From Ascidiella aspersa (taxonomy: Eukaryota), in assembly GCA_963924565.1 (NCBI GenBank), contig OZ004612.1:2728001-2792000 (forward strand): DNA of 64,000 nucleotides. Direction: 5' to 3'. The position numbers were made by a program, and so were the translations under genes. A model generated the notes under the pieces. The model ran no database searches, had not been told where the DNA came from, and saw nothing but the letters and a program-made list of their open reading frames with translations. Of this stretch, positions 14,701-29,700 are shown piece by piece (within the stretch, counting starts at the first letter, position 1; each line of letters starts with the position of its first letter).

Positions 14701-17700
14701 ATCAAAGCTTGTGCAGAATAAGAGCCAACATTATGCTAAAAATTTGGTGAAAAAGCACAGTTAAAAAATTCATAAACGCATTTTTCCATTTCTTCCATGT
14801 TTTAAATGTATTTTTTTAGTTCTTTAATTTAGTTTTCTAGCGCCGTTTTAAAAAGAACGCTATATATGTCGCGATATTAGTTCTTACCCCGAGCGTTATC
14901 ACCCCTCCTCTCACCCACTTAGCCCCAGGGATAATCCTCACCCAAATCCATGTCCCAACTCCACACCCAACCCCCTCCGCATAGCGAAGTCGCAAAGGCG
15001 CGTATTACCGGCTCGTTAGGGCATTGTCAGCCCGATTGTCCTCCCATTGTTACGTCGTGTGTTCGCTAATAATGCCGAGCCTGTGTGGCCGCCATGCATC
15101 GCTGGCCACGCCGTCGGCACTCGACGTAATCGCCACCCCGGGTCTGGAACCGACAACTTTCTTCGCTCAAACCTTAATAATTTATGGAAATTGCATTTTT
15201 TCGACGCCTGTCTTTTCTAGAACGGTCATTGTCAGTTCCAGACAGCTTTTGCTATTTTTTTTGCAATTTCCTTTGCGTAGTGAACTTGGTTTTTAGCTGG
15301 CTTTTTGAAAACTGGTTAAAAATTGATTAAACTTTTACACTAACTGAATAAAATTTAGAAAATCCTGTTGTAGTTTTGTTAATTAAATAGACAACATATT
15401 CTCCGCTGTTTTTAATCAGTTTTACTAACATAGAAGTTTGCGCAAACTATGATTTAGATAAAGGGATTTCTTAATGAAGACAGGCTTTTTGCTTGAATAT
15501 TTAAATTCAAAGGTAATTATTTTTATTGAAAGGTGAACAATTTGGGGTGTTTCAAAATATACGCCCTTTTCATATTGTAGACTTTCGAAATTTTAGTCTA
15601 GGGTTTGTTGCGTAACAGACATGGTAATAATTGGCGTCACGTAACATTGTGACGTCACAGCCTGGAATGCCACGTTCTTATGCGAGTGTGTATCATTATC
15701 TCGAGTCGGCATTTATTATTCATGTCGGCATTTGTGTAGAACTTCAATGGCGAAGTAATGTGTATTTTTTTGACTTATTTTAACAGAAAATTTTGTAGCC
15801 GAAAGTTTAACCTTTTGTGAATTGGCCGCTTCTAGCGTTGCGTGATGTCCTTATATTAGACTTTGTATTTCATCTATACTGTTGTGGATTGTGCCGGCTT
15901 AATAACATCAAATCTGATAATTACACCTGTGGATCAATTTGGTCCCCAAAACAGCTCTTTGCACAATACACAGGAATGTCTTTTGTTAAGGTTAAAAAAG
16001 AGATAACGACATTTTTCAATCGAACTATTCACAGTAGAACGATCAGTATTCGGTATATGGTTAAATATGACGTCCATTCGGAATGTTATCTCGCTCAAGG
16101 CTGGCAAACATAAGGGTAATGTCAGGAATTCTGTGCCGTGTTTGCTCAAATAACCAACCTAAACAGTGTCGTCTTATGTGGCATATGTTCAATCCCTGGT
16201 AGTACACCCCACACAACCCTGTTTACATTTAACAGCGCTCTAAATATACACGAACACGTCAGGGCGTTCGCTTTGGGGGGCAATTTTTTTATCGCGTCTT
16301 AAATTGTTTTGTTTCTGTTTTTTATTTTTTATGTCTGTTTTGTTATCTCCTACAAAAACGAAACTCTAGATGTGATAAATGATTGTTTTGCCCCGTTATA
16401 TTTTAACGTTTTTCATTTATCTTGCAAAAATCGACAGCCACTTGTTGTTTTCCTTGTTACGTTTAATTTACCCTGGGCCGCCTTTATTTAAATCGAATTG
16501 AAGTTGTAGCTAAATTTAAAAAAAAAAAAACACTGATAGTGCTAATTTTTGAGATTTAAACTGAACAGGTTTGTAGTGAAGAGTTAAAAAACAGATGTAC
16601 AATGCTACTATTAAGTATGATTGTCTAAATGCCATTCTCTGACTAAATGAAAAAAATAAGTATCTTTAAAAAGTAAGCAATTTATTCACTTGGTGATTAT
16701 TATTTTATTAAAACCTATCCCTACTGTGCTTTATTACCCTTGTCACCCTTATTTTAGCGTGAGGAAGGTTACTGCGAACCCGACCCGTGTCAGAACGGTG
16801 CTGACTGCTTCAACATGAACGACGATTATTACTGCAACTGCAGCGCAAAGTTCGAAGGCAAGAACTGCTCCAGGTTGAGGAACGAGTGCGAAAGCAAACC
16901 GTGCGAAGGTAACAACAAGTTGAATATTGATACGAAAAGCAGGGATTTTATGTTTTGGGGAATATTGGTTATCTTAATATTGGTTTAATTAAATCGCGTT
17001 TTCTAATATTTTTAGTTTTTGTTGTAAATTGGTTTTGATGAAATAAGTCTTATTTCTCAATAAAGGTTCAACTTTGTATTTTTATCAGTTTTATTTCTCA
17101 AATAAAAGTTTAAAGTTTGTCGAAAGTTTCACTTTTAACAGCCTTTTTTACTTAGTTTTAATGTGTTTTCTCATACGTCAAAAAAACTAAAAAAATACAG
17201 CAATAGCGCCGCCAGCGGCGGATATAATCTGTCCGGAATCTGGAAATAGTCACCTTGAGTCGACCTTCACGGCTCACGCTGCCCGTAATCCAATGAGAGC
17301 GGCGTCTTCTTCCGGTGTTAATTGCACGTCGGATCAGGTGTGCGCTTATAGCCGACTTGATACCGGCTATTAGCCAAAGCGCGAGATTTTTTGCCGACTT
17401 TTGGCGTCCAGAAGCTAAATGGCAGTTTCCAAACTCAAGGCAGACGCTTCAATTAATAACGTGAAGCTTTTTTTTCGTTTTTTTAGTGGATCAGCCTTAA
17501 TTAAGGCGACGGCGCATAACTGGCAATTACCTCGCGAGCGATAAAAAGGTAACGCGGGTCGAAAAAGTTAATCTCGACTGGCAGCGATTTTTAACCAGTT
17601 CGTGATCGTTTAAACTTCTCAGTTTTTCTCTCTTCTGACGCGAAACTGCTTTCCTTGGTTATTTTTAGCGATGACGCGTCAGATTTTGGAGCCCAGTATT

Positions 17701-20700
17701 GTCTGCGATGCGTGGGAGTGTGGGAATGGCCTTTACTGCGCGATTCCGTCGGTCTAGTTTTCTTTGTAGCGCCGTATCGGCAATTAAGTTGTTTGGCCCG
17801 GTATGGAGCTAATATACCCGGCCAATGTATCTGATTGAAATTATCGCGATTACCATTCCGACCCTATTTCTCGATGCCGCAAATTATAGACGTATAACTA
17901 TTAGCTCAACTCTTCAAAATGAGTAGTTAAACTTTGATGGTTATTGCGTGTAAACATCGTTAATGATTTCAACTATTTGAAGTTTAAAAAAACACCTAAT
18001 AACGTGTAGAAGAATAACAATTTGCCGCGAAAGTTTTGTAAAATGTCGCAAGGTAAAAAAAAATCGCGTCATAATCGTGCGGAAAAATGCGATCTTGATA
18101 TCGGCGCCGCTCATTAAAATACCGTAAACACAATCTCGACTGTTTCTCACATTTAACTTGAAGCGCACTTAACCTCTAGGCCTCTAGCGCTTGTAATTTA
18201 GCCTCAGTTAAACGACAAGCCACTTGTGAGTTGGTCAGCTTCAGTACAGCGAAGCTACGATGTTGAAACTTAAATAAACCGCAGGTTAATTCCAACAAGC
18301 ACATCTGCGCCAGACCTGCTTGTAGCACGCTTATTGCACTGTCGTTTAACTCCTAATAACCTGTACTTAGCCACGTGTGTCCTGCTGCAGCCGGCGTGGC
18401 GGTTATTCCACGAAATAAGGAGAAAACGCGGTTCGATGCAAGAGTGTTAAAAGTTAATCCGTATGTGCGAGAAAACCCGGCTTATTTGAAGTGTGTGTGT
18501 GTCATGTAAATCGACCTAAATGCGATAAAAACAGCAAAGTGAAAATACCAAACGAAAGTGGGCGATGGTGTATGTAAAGCACGGCTGTCGTTAAATCATG
18601 TTTATTGTTTCACAAACACCAATCAATAATAAAATCCTGTTTTAAGTTTGAAAGCAAAGCGAAAGCGGTCGACACCAGATGTTAACTTTAAATCAGTTTC
18701 TTCTGGTAACAGCTGCTTTAAACAATATTTGGGGTCGATTTGCAGTTAAATTGACAAGCGAAAGAACAAGAATAACGACATCAACACAGCTGGGCACAAA
18801 AAAGAAAGTGTTTCTAGTTATGTGCTGTTTTTGAAAGCAATTTTATGTAAAAACACACCTCGATTTATTGCATATCAAAGGTCGTTAAACCCTGAAAAAC
18901 ATCACGTTACCAATACTTTCAAAAACATTCTTTAAAACCGACGTATTTCTATTAAAACCAACTGTTTTTAACATTGCATCATTTAAAACTTCCCGTTTTG
19001 TGACGTAACAATTCGTTTTGCAGTGATTGACAGCTGTACGATCCACGTTTCTTCGAACGAGAGCGAGTTGGGTTATGTGGTCCAAGCGTCCGATGTTTGT
19101 GGCAGGAGGGGAACTTGCAAGAGTTTACCCGACAACGAGTACAAATGCGAGTGCGACCCAGGCTACGAAGGAAGGCACTGCCAACTCAGTGAGTACACGG
19201 CCCGATTTTGCATTTTTTTAAAGTAAAACTCGTTTTTAGACAATAGTATGTAGGCAACTCGTTTTTCTTGGTATATATATGTTTTTTGTTCTCTACTCGT
19301 TTTAGAGCGTAAATTCCAGTAAATGTTTTTAACTTTTTTGGATGCATTTAAAATATTAATGTGAATGGCCATAAATAATTGCCGATTGCTAGAATTTGCG
19401 TGTTGCTTTGGCAAGCAAGTTTATTCAGTATTTTCACTTTTAACTCCGGTTCAATGTGACAAAAAAGTTGTACCACAGTGTCTCACAAAGGTCAAGTCTT
19501 TGTGTTAAAAGCACAGGAACATATCCTGTTTCCATTGTGTATTGAAAAAACGTACTTGGTGTAATCGCGTCAAGCAACACAAACCGTGTAGTTCGCTTAT
19601 AGTCAGCAGTTTCACTGTAACGCACAAAAATCCTTTTGTCGCTGACATTTCGAATCCCGCTGCGCTATAAACAGATGTCACACACACTGAAGCAAGCCCC
19701 AACCAATTTGTATCTATTTGCGACCCGCGCGCCGTTACACCTCGCTGAGCACGCACGTCACAATTAGAGTGACGTCACGCGAGTGATGGCCGATCAATTG
19801 TGTGTTTTGTTGTGATCAGTCGAGCGAAACGGGTGGTTAACATTAGTACGGCGAGACGAGTTAAGATTTTATGGAATTGTAGATTGTTGAAAACATACAG
19901 CAACAGGTAAACGTCCACAGATATTGAAACCCCGTTTTTTTATGCGCTTAAAAAATTCTTATACGTCTGACTACAAGCTTTGAGCTGCGAACATTTTTTA
20001 AATGATCCAAGTGATGTAATTATAGTCCATGTGCAACACCATTGTTCCATAGAAAAAAAATATATATATCTTTTACTAGTTAAGAACAGACTTTTTATTG
20101 GTTTGTTGAATGTATTTGACATCTACCGATGCAACCTCTGGACGAAAATTATTCGGTTAAACTCAAGTTCTATATTTTTCAAACACATTCTGTATATTAA
20201 CCGTGTATCGCAATCACTTGTTTGGGCTTCACGCAATCATGAAGAGACTCGAAAAAAAATTGTGTCAATTTCGCGTTGTTTTGTTTACACAGAAGCCACA
20301 GTATAGACCAGCGACCCTGTGTGCCCCATACCACCGTGCCGTGTTGCCTTAGCCGGCATCTCCCCATACTCGGCCCTAATGTTGTCAAGTCCTGGTGTTT
20401 TTTTAGCCGCTGCTCGAGCCACCAAACAAAATGGTCGAACTCCTTCCCTTAGTTTACGATTCACCAACTCTTTGCTGTGTTTGCTCAAAAAAACGCACCT
20501 GCAAGATTTAGGTTTTTCTTCGTTAAGTCAGGAGTGTTTTTTTACCTTTATTTGGTAAAACAGAAAAGGTTATTTTCCCTGAGAAAAAAGGTAATACAGA
20601 TGCTTAAAAAATGGTTTGATTTCGTTGTAAACTGTACGTAGGATAACGCAACTCTGAACGTTTGTAGTGTCCAATTTTTTTGAAATTTTTTTTATTAATT

Positions 20701-23700
20701 TTCAGTAAAACTGCAACAGTGAAAACTTAATATTTTTTAATATTCAAAGTGTTGAAATTTTGCATAAAAAAAAATTCAAAAATTTAAATCGTCTACCGTT
20801 TTTAACCCGCCCACAGCTATATCACCATCAACCGTTGAAAAAGAATTTCACCTTTCCACTTAAAAAGGCGCAAAATCGATTAGACGTAATTTAAGGTTAA
20901 TGGCCGTATGTTGCTTTGATTAGCTCGACAGAGGCCATCGACATCACTTGGTCAGTAATTGGCCGGAGCAGCAATGCCTTAAAGCTTGACCAGCTTAAGT
21001 AAGCAGCCATCAACCCACTAATCCCAGCGCCGGCATTTCGCCGCACATTTGTGTCAAGTAGTCGCGTTTTCAGTCCATTCTCTTCGGCTGCGTGTTGAGG
21101 GGGGAGGGGGGTGAAAACGCAACTGTTGTATTGTGATGTCACAAGAGTCGCCCCACCCCCCTGAAGCCATGCACTGAGCGTCCCTCTCCCATGACTGAGC
21201 GAGCGCTTATCAGCCGGGCGCTGGTGTCGGGTTAGTCGGACTCATGACAGCCGATGCCTCGCTGTAAAACAGCAAAGGGAGACGTTTTTTTATTCTGCCG
21301 CGTTGAATTTACTTCAATTGTTCAGCTGTGCCGAATTTTCGCAAATAATTACTGTTTTTTTTGTTATGTTTTAGCGTAGAATTTTGATGTTAAGCGCGAT
21401 TTTTGAACATAGTAACACTTTGTAAGCGTTTCTAGGATATTTGTTCTTAAATAGACGGTTAACAATTTGACACCAGCACCAACTTACAGCCCTAGGCCTT
21501 TTAAAACGCTTTTCAGCATTTCAACCCTGGCGATCAATCTACATGGCGATTTTTATCAACGTGTTTTTGAGCTGTTGAAAAACCTGTTAAGTCAAAATCG
21601 CTCAAAAAAATACCTTAAACGTTTATTTCGATATAGCACGAAAAAAACATTTTTTACGTGGTTGGAAAACCGTCCAAAAAATAGGCAAAAGCGCCGAAAA
21701 AAAATCTCGTTTTTTCAAACGCCGGCGCAATTTTCGCTCGAGCGTTGCGTGGTTGGGACGGCAGGGGATTAAACCCCTTACCCCATCACCCCCTAACCCC
21801 ATGCAATCTTCCCATCTGCATCAGGCGCAACAATAACATCAGCATGTGTTGACCGACGCCGAGTCAAACTATTCGCTTAATTGCGCCGCCAGCAAAACGG
21901 AAACAAACCTCGCTTGTCAGTAGTTTCTCGCTTCTAGCAACTTACGTTAGCACAAACAATCAAAGTAAGCCCTTTTTTCCTTTCTCTTGTGCCTGTGTGG
22001 TCCCGAGCAGCCCTATAACCACTGCCACCTGATACCAGCAACTAAATGACGCCCTACCCATGTTTGAAAGGCAACGTTAAAATGGATTTTTTACAGGATG
22101 CTCTAGTTTCGATTTCCCTTGTTTTTTGCGTTTTAACAAAGTGTTGAAGTGTTGTTTATTGTCTGTTTTTACAAAAGCGCCATTGTTCCTAATTTTTTGC
22201 TTGTTTGCAACTAACATTTTTACAAGCGGAACAGATAAAGACAAGTAGAATCAAATTTTTTTTAAAGTCACTTTTTTGCATTTTTTTTGCAAGGATTTTT
22301 CGTAAATTCGCTACAATTTCCCCGGCGATTTTATTTCCGCATTGGCGCGGGGGGTAATTGCGCGTCAAAGTGCTTCTTTGCCCCCCTAAAGTGGCTCGGT
22401 GTCCCGTTACATCATGCCTAGGTGGTCAACGGTCGTTTGACCCCGCATTAAATAATTCATCGCCTTAGCGCCAACAGGGGTGCAGGGAATACGTCGCCCT
22501 CCTGACACCTTGTTACGTCACAATACGGCGGACAGATGCCGCGCGCGCACCGGGCTGACACCGGCACGATCAGATTCGACGAAAATTGCGGCGTTTTTAT
22601 TCGCAATGACTTCGTTTGAAGTCGCTATTGTTGTTTCACACTTTGAGGGGTTTTTAGAGTTAAAATAATCACAAAAATCTCTTTGAGAGAAGACATCTGT
22701 CGTTGTCAAATTGAGGGAAAGTTTAAACTAAATAAATCTGGAAAATTGATTTGCTTTATTTGTTCAGTCTATTTATTTCCTAATACCAGGTAAAAATAGA
22801 TAGTGAAGGCTTCGTATGATTGCATCACAAGTTTCAGCAAGATCTTATGTCAATTGTATTGTCCAAATATGGGCAACTGTAGACTGGAAAACACGCGTGG
22901 CATTTCCTTGCAAACACGGCACCCCCCAACTATTACCCGTGCGTCGCGAGACTAAACAGCAATTACTGCAACCGTTTATCCGGTCGTTGTGCGCTGATGC
23001 GTAGAGGCCCCTAAACACCCCCAATTTCACGTCCCCGGGGACAAATTGTCGTCTTCTAAATCCTGCCTCGTTGTAGTTGAATGTTGCGTGGCGAAGTACG
23101 CATGGCGAACGTAGCCAATGATTAGCGATGTTTGAGGGGGGGGAAATAGATGACGTGGATTGTTGGAAACTACAGGCGCCGTTTTATCGTGCCTTCTTGT
23201 AGTTTATCTGAAATTAGTTTTGTGTTATGTGTACAAAAAACGTCTTGGTTTAAAGGGTTTGTCATTCCTTTAACTAACAGGTCAAAACCTTGGCTAATTC
23301 TGAAAATTTAGGGTTAAAACTAACAAAGGTTTGAGCTTTACTACCTTCCAAAATCCATACTTTTTAAACAGTAGTAAAATTTCCCCTTTGTTTTAAAGGT
23401 AACACCGTTTGTTTTTGTTGTTAAGCTATTTACTGTTGTATAATATGCATTGCTGGCTTCAAATAACATTCAATCGTATTAATTGCAGACGTTAACGATT
23501 GCGTATACGCGCGTTGCGAGAACGGAGGTACGTGCGTAGATGGAATGAACTCGTTCACTTGCGTATGTTCGCCAGGATACGCCGGAAGGTTCTGCCAACA
23601 TGGTGAGGATTTGAGCAAACCTTTCATTTATACACTTACAGTGATAACACATTTGCTTTATTTAGCTGTTTGAGAAAAAAATATTTAAATTCAGCGATTT

Positions 23701-26700
23701 TTTTAACAGGGGTTTCTTCTATTGCTTACATTTATAGTTATAACAATATTCGTATTACTTTTTAATTGACCAGTAGAATTAAAATGAATTTCAACGTAAT
23801 TTTTTTTAAACACAATTGTTTTCCACGATTCTAAAATTTCTTCGGTGTAAAGAAGATACTATTTTCTTTTTTGGTGTAATGTTTTACACTTCAGCTAAAA
23901 AAAGTTTGCAAACCTCGAAACAAAAATGATTGCGAACTAATATTTAAAATCTATTACCTCCATTAGTTTCGTTTGGATTTACAAGCTTTTAAATCCACCA
24001 ATGTACTTTACCCCCAGCAACAGCTTTCTGCAATAAAATTAACGACCCCCTGCACCAGTTATGTAATCCATTTTAATGACGTCACACAATAAATCGCGCG
24101 GTTTTGTGGCAGTGTCACTTTGATTGACGTTACTCGTAAAATCCGCACCTGCGAACATAGCGGGCGGGGATTCCCCCATAAGTTGGCAACTATTTTCGTA
24201 TTTCTTGTTTGCATCGAATTTTAAAAGTTCTTTATTACACTTTCATTTCTCTGTAATGTTGTTTGTAGACAGTTAAAAGTGCATTTAAAAGCCTACAGAG
24301 CGTATAGCGAAAGCGGATAATATTTCCTCTCATAAATGCAAAAAGTGTCAAACGATTTATTATTTGACCTGTTTCTCTTGGAGCTTTAGATTAGGTTATT
24401 GGTTAAACTAGGCCGCTAAATTGCCACAATCCACAGAATGTGTTACAAAATAGTTACCATGGAAGGAAGTTTTGGTAAACTTTTGGTTTAAAAGTGATTA
24501 TAACTAAAAATTGGAAATTAATTTAAGCGTTTGACAGTTAAGACATAATATACCACTATAAAAACTAATTTTTTAACTTAGACGGCAAAATTTTGTAGAA
24601 ATTTGTTCCAGAAATTAAATCAATTGTGAGTGGACATTTTAATGGTAGAACTTTGTCGCTTTAAAAGAATGAAAGTAAACAGACGTAAAAAATTAAAAAG
24701 TACCACAGAGTATGTCAAGTTTAATTCAAACACAATAATGATTTTTTTCCTAAAACTGCGACTTTTTATGACAGACGAGAAGAACTGCTCTCCAACAACT
24801 TGCAGAGGTCGAGGAACTTGCACAGATCTCGTCGACAACTTCCTGTGCTCTTGCGCCCTCCCGTGGATGGGAAGGACCTGCAATTCCCGTGAGTCCTTTG
24901 GTCTGGCGGCGCCGCGGGCCACTCAGGGCGCCCAGGGATTCCTGACGCGCTTTTAAACCGCCGGGATTTGTTAGGGATTTGTTTTTTGAGTGGATATGGC
25001 GAAATGGTTAGGATTGCGACACCGGTTGAAATATGGGCGAAAAATCGCGACACAGCTGCGGAAAAAAATCGCGCCCTTTGTTCGGCAATAATCAACGATT
25101 TTCCGCGATTTATGAGAGCGTTTCTTTGACGTCGCTCAAATCTTCGCCAAATCCCGGCCACTACACACGGATTATTCGCCGCCACTTTTTAAAACTGAGC
25201 GTTTTGAGTGGTTTTCACTGCGCGTCGGTATTTTGGTTTGGTGAGCAATTAAAGAGTTTTAAAAAGTCGCCGAAAAATCTCGTCGTTAAACGTCCATCAA
25301 ATCTCAAGCAAAGCTAACTACACAGTCTGTGACGCCGCCTTTTTAAAACCACAGGATCTGAAGTCGCATAAGGATAAGCCATTTTAAAAGCAGTCCACTT
25401 TTATATTTTTTGTTTGCATTTTTTTAAGTTTAAAGCGGTATTTTTTTTTCGGGGCGGGTTCTATTTAATAGACTGTTTAAAATAAAATAGGTAAAAATCA
25501 ACATCGTTATTCAAATTTAATTAAAAAAAACTAACGTTTGTTTCTATAAAGAGCTTTAAACTTACTCCAATTTTTTTTAAGAGATAAAAAAGTTTGAAAA
25601 TCTTGATCAAAAATTACTCCTGGTCTGGTGAACTCAGCCACTGTAAACCACACCGACGTAACACACACAGGTGTGAATTACAACAGGACACCAAATATGA
25701 CGAATTTAAAGCAGCGTCTCAATATCTCATTTCCACGCCTCCGTTGTCACTTGGTGGGAAAAAACAAGAGGTTACGACGCGCCATTAATCCGATACATGA
25801 GGCGTCGGGTTCTGGCGTCTGTAGCGTACCTCGGACACACAGACGCCATATAAGCCCGCCCCACAGCGCGTATTACAAGTGCTGTGATGTGTTGTGCTTA
25901 TGAGTCGTTTCACCGATGTATTTCCAGCCCTATGCGCAAGTATAGAATAGCGTCTCGTGTAAAAGGTGTTGAGAATTGCCCCAATATGCCCACGCTTTGT
26001 GTAAATGCTATTTTTGTGCAATTGTAAACATTAAAAGGCGGAAACCTGTGGAAAGGTTGGCTAATAAGAAGTAATCGACAAATATGGACTAAAGCACTTT
26101 TCTTAATATTTAAGTGAAAAAAGTCAGAACCTATTACATGTAAAAAATGCGCACCTATTATATTTAATTATGTATGCCATTCAACTTTTTTGACGCAGTT
26201 TATAATTCCAAGTAATTTTCAGCAGAGCTTACTAAAACGCCGGGCGAATATTTCACCATGAAGCCAGGTGTAATTTGCGCCCAGAAATTCACACATCCGA
26301 CCAAAGCGACCTCGCAAACCAACTTCCTAAACCACCTGCGCAAATTTGTGGCGCTAATGGCCGCTTTAAGGCGATATTTTAACTCCCGTGTTAATTTGGC
26401 TTTTCTCACACCTAAAATATGCTCTCCAGCTGCTGTAGGTTTCACATTTGAAAGAAATGATTGCGAAAAGGCTTCTTAGGAATATCAAACCCCATATAAA
26501 GGTATAGGTAAGATTTTGAACGTTTCGAATTTCTCTTTGTTCATTTTTGACATGATTTTAAACGACAAATGAAAGATACACTCATATACGTGTATAACAA
26601 CTGTGATCTTAGCTTCTGAAGTCGCTTTTTGACCAAGGATAATGTGTATGATTTCCAACACATGACAAAATAATACCTACTTCTACATGGGTTTTGACAT

Positions 26701-29700
26701 TCTAACTACGCCTAACCAATTCTATAAGCCAGCCATTATGCTCCAATGGCTAATAAATCGTAAAATATAATTTTTAAATGGCCTTGGAAGCTTTTAAGCT
26801 ACGATTTTGAAATTCCTTACGCGAAAAATGCTTCCCAGCTGCTTAAATACCTAAAAGCCCAACAGAGATTAAACACAGCACGCTTAAGTTCCCATCGCGT
26901 GGCCTGGTGTCCCTAGGGGGCCTTTTTGTCCGGCCAAATCGGGCAAGTGTGGGCCTGTCCGCTATCACACCAAGATCCCACGATATCCGATGTCAGGGCG
27001 GCGCTTCAGCGTGCCAACCGACCAATCAGAACCCGTTCCGGGCTCGCTTCATTTTCATTGTAGTTTTGTAAAAAGGGCGCGACTATTGACTAAACACCCG
27101 ATGATATTTTGGCTTCGAGATGCTTTTTTTTACTTGCGCTTACTTTTACAAAGTATATTTTTAACCCGACACCATTGTACGTTTGGAAACAATTAACTTT
27201 TTATTTCGCTGGACTAGGAAAAAATGCTTTTTTTTCTAACATGCATCTCATGTAAATACTCAGTTTTTAAGCTGTTTTGTTGATTTATGTGTTTTTTATA
27301 AGAGCATAGCTAAGATAAAAGTCAAGATTTCCAAAATAATACTTAAAATCATCATTTCTAATCGAACATTTTATGTTAAAATATGTTAGTTTGTGTGGCC
27401 TTGTTGTAATTACCATAAAAAAGCGTTTTAAATACCGCACCAGTCTTCAGCTTAACCCCAACGGTTTTTACCCCCATTTACCCAAATTGCCCCTAAGTTG
27501 ACCCCACTTCCGTCACCCCTAATAAACCCCACACGTGGAATGTTGGAGTTATTACGTAAAGGCAAATCCGCGTCTTCCGCTCTTGTAATAACTCATCCTC
27601 AGCCAGGGAATAACTTTAGGAGGGCACAAGTTTAAAGTGAGGTGGTAAATCGCATATTAACAAAACCACCCTTGTTTTGAATTAACTGAATATGGAGGAA
27701 AACAAATATTAAAAATCACTATTTTTTTGTTTAAATTTATTTTATTAGGAAATTACTTCTAATTTTAATTTCCCTCCTAAACCCCCTCCTCCCTGGTCCA
27801 TAACGTTCGATTAACGATTCCCTGAAACGCGATACTGACAGTTTTTCATGCGAGGATTTCGCGGCATTACCGCCCTCTGTGACGTAGTCAATGGGGCGTG
27901 ACGTCATGCGAGTGACGTAGGTTGCTTGTGGAACAAACTTCGAAGCAATGTTTTATTATTTTTAAAAGCGTTTTGTGCATAATTTTTCAACAGTTTTCTT
28001 AAAGCGATTTTTTTGTTTTTTATCCGTTTTTAAACATCGTTTTGAGGGTTGCGCTTCGTTTAGTGGTATTTGACCTTTTAGTGTTGTACCCTTTTAGAAA
28101 AACTATAAATTCCATTTAACTTTTTTTATAATAAAGTTGTCATCTCGAATAATCAATTAATGACTTAATAACAGTAGAATGTCCTGAATAATTCACACTT
28201 AAGCAGACAAAATAGAATCTTATCCTATTGTTAAACCTACCCCGTAAAACTTTCAATTACCCTTTGGTGGCGAAATACCAACACGAAGTTCAACTATTTG
28301 CAGTTAAATCCTGTTTTAACCGGTTTAAAGTGGTTTAGTCTCACATCGTCGCCAGCTGTTTTGGGGAAACCGAAATATTCACCCAACAAACCCCTGGGGC
28401 ATATTTCAAGCGTTCAGTCAGCCCCCGCTATTGCCCCAACCAGAGCAAACACAGGTGTATGGGGCGACATACGATACCCCAGCCTAGACCCCTTAAACCC
28501 CACAGCAATAGAGCTGCAGTGTGGGTGAAGATTGGAAGGGTGATAATGTGGATGGCCATGCTTCTGCAGTTCAACATTGCTTCGTCTGCCTCCCTTCGCA
28601 TTCCTAGGAGCTTAGGTATTTTGTTTCTTATCGCTTTTTTCATCTTCTGGTGATTAGTGTGATGGAAGCTGCTCCTGAACGCGCATAACCAACCCGGTTG
28701 CTGAGATTTAACCAAGAGCTTAAAGTTATATTTTATTTGTGTGTGAATGGATAACAACTTTAAAACATTCGAATCAAAATTTATTTAAACTCACAAAAAT
28801 TTAATTGTGTTTCTTTCGTTGCCATTTTATTTTTCTAAGCTTGTGTTTTTCTTGTCAAAAACTTAAACAGCACACAGTTTAAACAAAAGAAAAAAAGTTC
28901 CCAAAATGAGTTAGTGCGTAGACAACTTGAACAAATCACCTTGTATCGTTTTTCGTCACAATAGCCGAAAAAAAACTTTTTAAACACGTTTTTAACAAAT
29001 AAATCGTCTGACTCATCCTTAGAGCAACTTCTTCTTCCATTTATGGAAAAAAAACGTTTATATCTACTTAGAATGACGTCAGAACACCACGGATAAACTA
29101 ACGGCTTCAAATATCGCAAAAAAAAACGGGGACTGGCGTCGGCCGGGGGGTCGGGGGAAAGGGGAGACCCTGGCCCACCTGGGGCCCCTGCGACCCCCCG
29201 GCCATCGGAACCCCGTTATGACGTCATAGTTAGCCTTTTGCAAGCTTTGAAGTCCGACCACCGAGATTGCGACATTGTTCGCAGGAATTTGCACGTTTTT
29301 TCTTACAAGAACTTGAATGTTGAATCGCGTGTTAGTTACCTTCGCTCTTTCAGTCGTAGACTCGCCAGTAGCTTTGAAGTCGCGTCGCTTTTTCGTGTTT
29401 TAATCCGCTGTGATGGACTTGTGCCGATCGCGCAGACTTAATCATGATCTTCGCACCTTTTTGTCGCGTCTTTTTGAATTGAAATGACCTCGTGGCGCCC
29501 GGAACACGCAATTTGCGCGACAGACTTTGCTCTGGACATGGCGCTTGTGAAAGTTGAGTTTACCAGGACTTTCACCAAGATTCCAGCCTAATTTTCATCT
29601 TTTTTATGATGTTTATGTCACGCTGAGCAAACAGTGCCCAAAAAAGCTTCAATTGCTTCCGAAAAGGCTAAAGAGATCGAGCCTTTCGCTTTAAAATAAA

